From Eledone cirrhosa (taxonomy: Eukaryota), in contig OZ024745.1 of assembly GCA_964016885.1 (NCBI GenBank), positions 97,526,001 to 97,590,000 of the forward strand: a stretch of DNA of 64,000 bases, in the 5' to 3' direction. The position numbers and the translations under genes were made by a program. Position 1 is the first letter of the stretch. Each line of letters begins with the position of its first letter. The notes beneath the pieces are model-generated. The model ran no database searches and had not been told where the DNA came from. It saw only the letters and a list, made by a program, of their open reading frames with translations. Shown here piece after piece: positions 53,760 to 64,000 of the stretch.

Positions 53760-53770
53760 CCGTGTATATG

Positions 53771-53808
<38 letters not shown>

Positions 53809-54067
53809 AACGAGTAGGACCCCGACGGCTGAGCTCAAACCGTTTCGACGGCTAATTCTGGACGCATATATATATATATATACGGGTGCTTCTATATATA
53901 TATATATATATAGGCACCCGTATATATATATAGGCACTCGTTTTACGTATGTTGTATTGAAGCGAATAACTGTGTATAATACTCTTGGAATGTATCCTAA
54001 ATTACCTATTGAGTACGCTGAGATACAACCGGTCCTGGCATTGATAAATATGCTGGGTCCGTCAACT

Positions 54068-54127
<60 letters not shown>

Positions 54128-54436
54128 GTTTCTACTTTTGGCACAAGGCCAAAAATTATGGCAGTGTATTACTGGTACTTTATTTTATCGACCCCGTAAT
54201 ATATAATGCGCTGCATATACAAGCATAATATGCTTCTGAACATATACAGAAATGAGTGTGTGTTTACACAAGAGCTAGTTATTAATGACTCAGAAGCTGC
54301 TAGGATTAAAGAAAGTATGGAACTGGTTAAAAAAAATGACAATCTTCTAAGACACACACGTAGCCAACTATTCTTGTTCATTTATAACATGGGTAAATAT
54401 TATACACACATGAACACATTGATTATGAAGTAGTAC

Positions 54437-54475
<39 letters not shown>

Positions 54476-54657
54476 AGACCACATGTGCACTTAGTATACA
54501 GCCGTGGTATACATACATGTCTCCGTATATATGTTTAATCTTAACCAAAATTAACACCTCTAGATTATATATATATATATACACACAACTGCATATATTT
54601 ATATATATATATACACACACAACTGCATATATTTATATATATATATATACACACAAC

Positions 54658-54708
<51 letters not shown>

Positions 54709-54709
54709 G

Positions 54710-54997
54710 GAGCACCCGCAAAGTGTAAAAACCGCAAATATTAGACGTGGTCAATAAAAAAAATGCCTATAAACGTCAAAATATAATTAAAAAAAGAAGT
54801 CAATAGGCCGGCAAATACGGTATATATTGTTATTAATAATTTTTTTAAATATATATATTGCCACAAAAAAAAACATTAAAAAATAGCGGAAGCTATTTAC
54901 GAATCCGCGAATATGCGGTGGTTTCCACGAATAATTATTAGTTAGGTGGAGAAATTTTCCGCGAATAACCGGGCCCACGAACGCCGAGAGTACACTG

Positions 54998-54999
<2 letters not shown>
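54710..54999. mobile_element. Tigger/pogo-like DNA transposon remnant
   Basis: Repeated CCGCGAATA sub-terminal motifs and terminus CCCACGAACGCCGAGAGTACACTG-TA; embedded in (TA)n. Confidence 0.6.
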
Positions 55000-55030
<31 letters not shown>

Positions 55031-55056
55031 GTGTGTGTGTGTGTGTACATGGGCGT

Positions 55057-55093
<37 letters not shown>

Positions 55094-55371
55094 CACACCT
55101 ATGTGGTTTAAGAATCCAGGCCGATCTCACAACGGGGTCAGGTGGGTAAATAATTTCTTCAGTAACCTCGAGTTGACCAACAATTTAATGAAATTTAATC
55201 AACAGAACCAGAGTGGAAGTCCATCTTATACGCACACGTGTGTATATACGTACATTATATGTTTGGTGTGTGTGTGAGAGATGAGTTTGTTCGTGTCTTT
55301 GTTTATGCTTGTGTTACCTTTACATACAAATTAAAAACCATGTGCATTATACAAATATAAGCACATATATG

Positions 55372-55408
<37 letters not shown>

Positions 55409-55463
55409 TATATATATATATATATATATATACAGATATATATATATATATATATATATACAG

Positions 55464-55640
<177 letters not shown>

Positions 55641-55845
55641 TATTCATTTACTTGTTTCAAATATTAGACTGCGACCATGCTGGGGCACCGCCCTGATTCA
55701 GTATATTTATATTTATATACCGTAAGTTTTGTGCATATACATATATTTATATATTGTAGGTCTTATGTGTGTGTGTGTGTGTGTGTGTGTAACTATACAC
55801 ACACACATATATATAAATATATCCAGCGAATTTTCAACAGTCAAG

Positions 55846-56088
55846 GTTGTTTTCCATGGTTATGTCACTATTTATAAAACAAATTTTGTATTTTATCTGA
55901 TGAAAGCGCACCAAGATTGACTTGGTTGCCCTTGAAATATATATAATAAAATAATTATGGTTTTATAAATATAGTTTCCATTTATTAATATAATTGAATA
56001 TTTACTCCAGTAACTTGTTGAGTGCTCTATATCAGTTATAAACTTTTAAGTTTGTTGGAATCCCAACAAATTAAATATAACTTCTACA
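55846..56088 (+). mobile_element. hammerhead-bearing short repeat (Penelope pLTR/retrozyme-like)
   Basis: Homologue of 46645-46893; ends in (TA)n. Confidence 0.75.
55889..55953 (+). ncRNA. type I hammerhead ribozyme, intact core
   Basis: Stem I TATTTTAT/ATAAAATA (8 bp), CTGATGA 55897-55903, stem II 55904-55933, GAA, palindromic stem III ATATATAT, predicted cleavage after A55945. Confidence 0.85.
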
Positions 56089-56414
56089 TATATATAATTA
56101 TATATATCCTGTGACATCATGTCATATAAATACAAAGATACGCCGATATAGCAAAATGGCTAGACATATCGATTTTTCGAAGTGAAACAAGGAAACAAGT
56201 ACTATGATGATGATGAATCATCTTTTGGCTCTCTCTCTCTCTTACACACACACATTGTTTTATTCACCAGCTACTCGGCTTCTGCAAACACACACACACA
56301 TTATATATATATATAGAGAGAGAGGGGGGATCTGCGGTACAGTGACCGGGATGACCACTAATCATAGGAGTACTCGATGCCGAAACCGCTAGGCGCCGCG
56401 TTCGGGATTTTACG

Positions 56415-56516
<102 letters not shown>

Positions 56517-57249
56517 TGTGTGCAAGCAAGAAATATATGCATGCGTATATATATATATATATATATATTATGTCTGAGTTTGTGGTTATGCATGTATAGA
56601 TACATTTGCATAGCCAACACAGATCTGCCGACATGCAGATCTAAAACACACGTGTGCATACGTCCACGCGCGCACACATTTAGCGAGGCGGAGGTGTGTG
56701 TATGCATGTGAGGTATATATATATATAGATATGTCAATATGTTATATACAATTTTGGATGAAAATAGTACAAATCCAGAATTAGTCATCCCTGCTCCCTT
56801 CCCATGTAGATGCAAATCATAGCAACAGTATACTGGCTGTCCTTTGTAAAGAAAAGGAGTACGAAAACCACTAAAAATAATTATCGTATTATCCTCTTTA
56901 AAACGTTAGCATTTTAAGGCGATACTATGATTTGAGGGAAATTTGGCTGCTATTTCTATGAGGTCGGATAACTACGTAAAGTCACCTTTTCAGTTTATTT
57001 TAATTAAAAGCTGTAGAGGGAACATTGCCGGTGAATCGAGAAAAGCCATTCCACTACATTACAGAAAGGCATGAACATCACAGAATCTCCTCCACCACAC
57101 CCAAAAAAATAACTTGCTATTCACACTTTGTTTGGCTTTATCCAGAAATTGCTACCAATTCACAGATTTAGAGAATATTCTTGTTTCTCTAGCTTTTATT
57201 ATAATGTAACAACTGTTATTGATGTTTACGTCAGCAGGCTTAATTTATG

Positions 57250-57293
57250 GAGCTGTATTGCACTGCTTGTGCACTGGTAGTGCAATACAGCTC
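57250..57293. other. isolated strong hairpin
   Basis: GAGCTGTATTGCACTGC-ttgtgcactg-GTAGTGCAATACAGCTC: 15 Watson-Crick pairs plus G:U and C:G. Confidence 0.85.
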
Positions 57294-57424
57294 GGTAACA
57301 ACAACAACAGCACCTCGTGCTTGTCTTCGGTGCAGCATGGAAACAAAGGAAAGCTGACAGACGATGAAGTCACCACACGCGCGCGCGCGAGACGGAAGGG
57401 CAGATGTGAAGCTGCATTGATATA

Positions 57425-57900
57425 GCACACACATGTGCATGTACATATAAACATGAACACTCAAACATACACAAGCAGACACACATGTATATATAAACAT
57501 GAACACAAACATACACACACATGTATATATAAACATGAACACAAATATAAACAAGCAGGCACACACACAAACATACGCAAGCAGGCACATACATAAACAT
57601 ACACAAGCAGGTAGTGCACGTACATATGAACACTCAAACATACATACACAAGCAGGCGCACACACAACATACACAAGCAGGCGCACACACAAACATAAAT
57701 ATGAACACTCAAACATACACAAGCAAGCACATACATGAGCACTCAACACACACACACACACGTGCATGTACATGAACACTCAAACATTCACAAGCAGGCA
57801 CATACATATGCACACACACACGCATGTACATGAACACTCAAACATTCACAAGCAGGCACATACATATGCACACACACACGCATGTACATGAATACTCAAA
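57425..57900. repeat. cryptic CA-rich minisatellite
   Basis: Recurrent CATGAACACTCAAACATACACAAGCAGGCAC. Confidence 0.85.
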
Positions 57901-58319
57901 GCAAATAACACACAAACATCTAAAAAAATATACATATGCTCAAAAGGATGCATAAAGAATAATGCATACAAACATCGAGTCAACGAAATCTATCAATCCG
58001 CTAGAAATAGCAGATAAATTCCTTTCAAATCACACTCCATAGTCTTAGGAAATGACACATTGGATAGATACATGTTATAGACTAGAGTTTTTTTGTTTTG
58101 TTATTTTTTTTTTTGCATACACGAAAAAAAAACGAGATAACGACAGCTAGAATCATTTTAATCATAGATCAGCTCAACCTGGACTGATCTAGGGTTAAAC
58201 AACATGCACGTACACAAACTAAAGTATTTACGGAAATCACTACTTCCAGACTCCCCAAAACATGACACTATATACCTAATACGTAGCTATTATCCAGTTA
58301 TATACCCATCACGATACTA

Positions 58320-58690
58320 AAACACTCTATACACCCAATACGTTGTTAAAACTCTATACACCCGATACGTTGTTAAAACATTATACACCCAATACGTTGC
58401 TAAAACACTTTATATACCCAATATGTTGCTAAAACACTTTATATACCCAATATGTTGCTAAAACACTTTATATACCCAATACGTTGTTATTATCCAGTTA
58501 TATACCTAATATGTTGTTAAAACATTTTATAAACCCTATACTTTACTAAAACACTATATACCCAATATGTTGTTAAAACACTGTACACACCCAATGTTAC
58601 TAAAATATTTTATATACCCAATACGTTGCTAAAACACTTTATATACCCAATACGTTGTTAAACCCCTTTATATACACGATACTTTGCTAA
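58320..58690. repeat. ~29-30 bp minisatellite x~12
   Basis: Unit TAAAACACTTTATATACCCAATAYGTTGY. Confidence 0.9.
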
Positions 58691-59199
58691 AAACCCCAAG
58701 TATTAATACAACACATTGTCTTCAATTTACATATAGCTCGCCTGTATTTTCAAACGCATGGCCTGCTATAGCGAAAAATAGCAATTACAGCATATCCTGC
58801 CATATCTAAAATATACTGGTTGTAATATTCAAGTCACATATATTCCTGCATCCTACCATAAACATATCAGTCATTGTTCAGGTATGTCTGTATATCAACT
58901 GTATTACGGTATTATGAAATACATATCCTATGCATGCAAATATCTCTTAACTTGACTATGTTAGAATAAAACAGCTAAAAAGTAGGTAGGTTGATTCCAG
59001 AGAATGTTTTACCACTCCTGGGTTAACCTACAGATTTATGTGTGTGCGAGAGTGAGAAATACGAAATAAATATGCATAAAATGACATGCATAATGTGCGT
59101 GGTGCATATGTTGTTGTGTGTGTAGTCCTGACCGAGGTGAGGTATATATGTAATCTGTTGTGTGGACAACTGTCTGCATCAATATGGTAAAAATACAGA

Positions 59200-60100
59200 T
59201 ATAGTTTTGTTTTTGGTCTTAAAGGAAAGATTGAGTCTACGGTATTCGCAGAACCTCCAAGGGTGAAATCAAAGCCATTAACATTTTGCTTTAAAAGTCG
59301 CTGACAAGCAAAAGTAAATATGTGAAGAGGTGATGACGAATTTCCAGAGGGTCGATGTTCTGGGAAGAATCGGGTGTGAAGATTACTGACAATATGGATG
59401 ATGAGTGAATCAAGAATACCAGAATGGAAAGCATACGAGACCGACTGAGCAGTAGAAAAGGATGAAATAGAAGACTTCCTGCCAAAACAATCGAGCACAG
59501 CCTAGGACATATGTATGCGTCTCAAAAATGGGAACAGCTCTCCTTTGTGGGTCCCACCTGAACTTCATAAAGTGTTAGTAGGTTTCGAAACTGAGGTATT
59601 TTCTGACTGTGCAAGAGTTAGATTAGTATTTGAGGTTGGGTTCGCCATGAGAGATCCTCACTTATATAGTAAAACCGTGACATTTGAAGTGATTGTGAAG
59701 AATCTAGTTACATGCTTTTTATGTTTAAGGAGGTGAGGTGCGTTAGCGGCTTCTTGATATTCTTTTAAGACAAGATTGGCATGACTCCACTGGAAGATTT
59801 GGCAAGAGGTACCTTGGCTGCGGATAAAACTTGGATGCGAAATGAATGAAGTATGCCGACGACAAAACTGTACACTAAGGTAACATCATAGTTTGATATT
59901 GTGGGTCAGAGATCTATTAGGACAAGCTTAATAGTGATATTTAACAGGAAGCCACCTATCAAAGACACGAGAGACAGTTGAAGCTCATAGGCGAGTAGTT
60001 TTGACAAGAGAAAACATGCTCTAATCGAGGACAAGTGGACTTTCAAGCTGACGGGAGCCAACAAGCGCGTGACATTACTTTATGAAAGCTGTACCCGTCG
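59200..60100 (+). pseudogene. possible decayed retroelement ORF1/gag-like sequence
   Basis: Non-repetitive, higher-GC island; ORF 59515 ends FEVIVKNLVTCFLCLRR*GALAAS*Y, resembling a broken CX2CX4HX4C knuckle. Confidence 0.3.
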
Positions 60101-60882
60101 TCAAATCGTGTATATGACAATCCATAATGAATAAAATAGCTATTACCACATCGTCCGTAGATTGTCTGGAATAATCTATATATGAAACTCTATACCAGGA
60201 GTATCAATACATATACTTTACTCTACATTTCCATTGAGTAGTTATTTTTCAATTCATGTAGATCACACACATTATGTATATACATATGGCCTGGATGAAG
60301 AAGAGTGTACCCATAAGGCTTCTAGCACCGTCCAGGACTGGATAGATGCCGTTGGATCGTATGCATGAAACGCCTTAAGGTTATATATGTATATACGTGT
60401 GTATAAGGGTACACATCGTTACATACGTGTTTATATATATTTATCCCTACAATTTCTCTATAAACATATTTGCTGAAGTTAGTCCATATATGGCCCTTCT
60501 AAAACATACATAACATACGCTTAGTAGTATGTATGTCGTAATATAGCAACATTACATGTCTATATCAGCTAGTAGACTCCCTGGTAACCATGTGCAGTTG
60601 CAGCAGAAGATACATCTGCAGCGACCACACGTAAAAGCTTAAACTGAAACGGCAAAAGTAAACTAAACCTGTCTCCCATGTTTACAGCATACAAATAAAT
60701 TCATAACCAGCTGCTGTATTTTTAAAATCAGAAAGCAAGAGACCCAGGGGTTGACTCCGAGCAAGAGGGTTAGATAACATTCATGAGTTCGGCTGGTCTC
60801 ACTTGGGGATCCAACCAGATTAATTTGGAGAAGATTGCTTCTGACAGGACACTCTAGAAGGCGTGTTTGAGGACTCTGCGTC

Positions 60883-60913
<31 letters not shown>

Positions 60914-61251
60914 ACACGACCTTCCAAGATATAAGTGAGCGAAGAAGAAAAAGAAAGCAAGAGTGGGACATAGCAATACATACATATATACACGTATACA
61001 TACAATGCATCAACTAGATTACGTCGAATTGATGAACAGATACACAGACACATTAAGTAAATATACATACACAACATAATCGAGTGATTCTCAAATGGGC
61101 ATTGGTTTTATAAATAAACACGAGGGTGTAAGGAAAACAAACTGAGACCGCTACATTCACGCCTTTTCAATGAACTTGGAAATATAAAAGTGAAAGCAAA
61201 ATTTCAATAAAAATATGGCTGAATTCAACTAGCTAGAGTACACACACACAC

Positions 61252-61296
<45 letters not shown>

Positions 61297-63008
61297 GAGA
61301 GAGAGAGAGGGGGGAAAGAGAGAAACATTAAAACTTTTAGTCAGAGGGCTTTCCAAAAACTAATGAAACCAATAAATTAGTTTGAAGTTTTGTGTGAATT
61401 ATTTTTATTTTGTTTTCAATGTTTAGTAGTTGACTATCAGTATTAATTTGTTTTTTAAACTTTCTCCTCGTCATTCAAATTGCTATCTCGTTATAATTCG
61501 AATTGTATTCATCTGAATGATGTAGCAAGTGGAATTCATATTCATAATAAACTGGGATACGAACCAAACAATTCAACCTTATCTTTTATAAATAGCAGTC
61601 TGTAATATAAAATAAATCACGACGAAAACACGTGCGTGAGCTGAGCGCGCATGTATATGCTATTGGGAATAGTTCTATACAGACAGTTAGACATATTATG
61701 CTAGGCCAGCAAGAAATATCGAGACAAAAAAATAGTTTTAACTATAATAAAAAAAAAAGTGTAAAATATCATTACAAATGGTTATTTTTCACGTAGTCTG
61801 TGAACCGTTTTGCAATTGAGATAAATCCCAAACATTTGTTAGAATTCAAAGTATTTTTTTTAAATGTCTGTAAAAAGATACATTAACCATTATCTTTACG
61901 TCTTTCTAGTACAAATTACAAGCCTTTCCCTACCCAAACTAATAATAAAAAATAAAATAAAGAGTGGAGCAGGAAGTGCCTTGCTATCCAGTCAAGTTTG
62001 CTGAAAGGTGAATGAGTGGTGAACATGGTCCGAGTGAACAGGCCAGCTCTGCGTAAAAAAGAATTGAAAGGGGGAGCACTTGCCCAAATGGTCAGAGTGG
62101 CCGTAGTTTTTAGTGAGTGACCCTCGGAAATCTCCCCCTTATTGGAAAAATTTCTGTTTTAAATTAGATGTTCTTTTTGTAGTATTTCTAAACGAAAAAA
62201 AACGTACACAGTACCGTCCGTAATGTTTTCTTGTGAACCCTTTGTGGTTAATAAAGAAATTATCGTTTTGACCTTAATAAATAGTATTAATCATAATAAT
62301 AATGGTATTTTGTGTCTATGAAATCTTTTCCTTTATTTTTCAAATCAGCCAAAAAAACAAGTTTTGATAATCGGAGATTAGAAAAAAATGTTGAAACTAT
62401 ATTTGGAAGTCTACTTTTGACAGCAAAAAAAAACAAAAACTAATAAACAACGTTGCTTTGCTAGCAGCTTTAAAAAACGTCTGCGATCATAACACACTAT
62501 ACAGAGAGCGAGAGAGCAATAGGCAGATGATGGCAAATAATATAAACAGCGGCGGGCTACATAGACAGTTAAATAACATAAAGTAGGTAGACATAGCTAA
62601 ATAGATATCTTTCTAAATAGATAGATGGTTAGTTAGAGATAACAACAATTTGAAGTTTAATGATAGTGTAAAAGTATAGAGGAAGAAGACAGAACATGCT
62701 GACTAGGAAGAACAAAGAAAAAGTGTCGTTTGTGTAACTTTGTTTTTGTCTGTTGTCTACGAAACATGAACTGACATTTGATTCTAAGAGATACTGATTA
62801 TCAGCATCAATTTCAGATTTCAACTGACCAAAAATACATAAATCAACTTCTACACCATATATATTATATACTCACATGTATGTGTGTGTGTAAGGTGTTT
62901 TGTGTACAAAAACGTACGTGGAGCAATCAAATACTGAATGAGCACTCAATAGAAGTGATCTGAATATAAATATTGTTTTTCGAAAAAAAAAAAAAAAAAA
63001 AAAAAAAA

Positions 63009-63086
63009 GGTGGTGACGTCGAAAGCTACGGTTTTGACCCTTTCAATTGCCTGAAGAGGCAAAACTGAAACTTCGAAGTCACTGCC
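63009..63086. ncRNA. back-to-back pair of degenerate hammerhead-like motifs
   Basis: + strand CTGAAGA-GGCAAAACT-GAA-ACTTCGAAGT-C (63051-63080); 63009-63046 is a diverged reverse complement of it; stem I partner missing. Confidence 0.55.
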
Positions 63087-64000
63087 ATCCATTTCTTCGA
63101 ATATATATATATATATATATATAGTATGTGTGTGTGGTTGTGTAGTATATATGTGTGTGGTATATTTCAAATACGTATTTATATATAGTAAAAATAACAA
63201 TGAGAATGTAACTTTTATTTTATTTTATTTTCTTCAAGTAACAAAGTGTTTTTAATAACAACATAAAGAGGATTTAAGTGTGAATAGAATTAAACTATGA
63301 TTAAAAAGTGTATTTATATATATAAACATGAATATACGTAAACAGCTTTCAAACGTAACTTCGCAGATTGGCGCGCATGTTTTCCATCACCAAACAGCAT
63401 GGTGCATTTGTGTTAGTATAGGTTACATATTATATGATGTGAACAATGTAAATCGTGTGTGCCTATGTTGTGTGAATATGTTTTGTGTAAAAATTGTGTT
63501 TATAAAAATGTTTGTTCTTCTTGTTTATATATTAAAATATGTTTAACTTTCAACATTTCATGTTGACAGAGCACATACAAAACGAGGGCAAATCTTTGTA
63601 AGAATACAATCAAAATGTTTGGAGCACATTATACCACTGGTATTAATTCTAACAATTTTCACATCCCAGTAACATTATAAAGAAAATTCGCATCTTTAAT
63701 CCTATGTTCAGTTGGTGCAAATCTACATAATAGACATTCAACAACATCAATAATTAAACAAAAAAAAAACAATAACAAAATAATGACTAAAAAATATAAC
63801 TGATTAAATATGTATGCTCCAGCATGGTCAGAACGACAATAATTTAAATAAAATAAGAGTTTATAAAAAAAGATACACGAAATATACATACACGGGCACA
63901 CACATTGATAGAGATACACTAAATAAAATTAGACATACACTAAATAAAATTAGACAAAGAAAACTTGGCATGAGAAAAATATATAACTATCCCAACACAA

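Noticed and set aside
57256-57278. miR-92 family gene
   Set aside because: Only the seed region matches; the rest differs from miR-92 and the seed is on the 5' arm. Kept only as an unassigned hairpin.
62041-62128. HDV-like ribozyme
   Set aside because: A P1-like stem exists but the L3/P1.1 and J4/2 motifs could not be found on either strand.

Overview
AT-rich, repeat-dense eukaryotic DNA with many (TA)n, (GT)n, (GA)n, (GAT)n and (GTA)n/(GGT)n microsatellites. The repeat families resemble those of a mollusc, most likely an octopus; this is inferred from remembered repeat families, not from a search. Almost every ORF in the supplied track is a microsatellite or tandem-repeat artefact. Supportable content: (1) two tRNA-derived SINE families, decayed RTE- and CR1/L2-type LINE fragments, TTAA-flanked piggyBac-type MITEs, TA-flanked Tc1/mariner/pogo-type MITEs and several minisatellites. 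(2) Candidate exons of an unidentified minus-strand gene or pseudogene in the CpG-poor left ~35 kb, with a switch to CpG-retaining DNA near 34-35 kb. (3) Most notably, hammerhead-ribozyme-bearing short repeats (Penelope pLTR/retrozyme-like) next to (TA)n tracts: two copies have a complete core with all three stems (55889-55953 +, 46779-46844 -), several are decayed, and two loci are back-to-back fold-backs centred just 5' of a hammerhead-like core. A cluster of three palindromes at 26.9-28.3 kb and an isolated hairpin at 57.25 kb also merit follow-up. All calls were made by eye.
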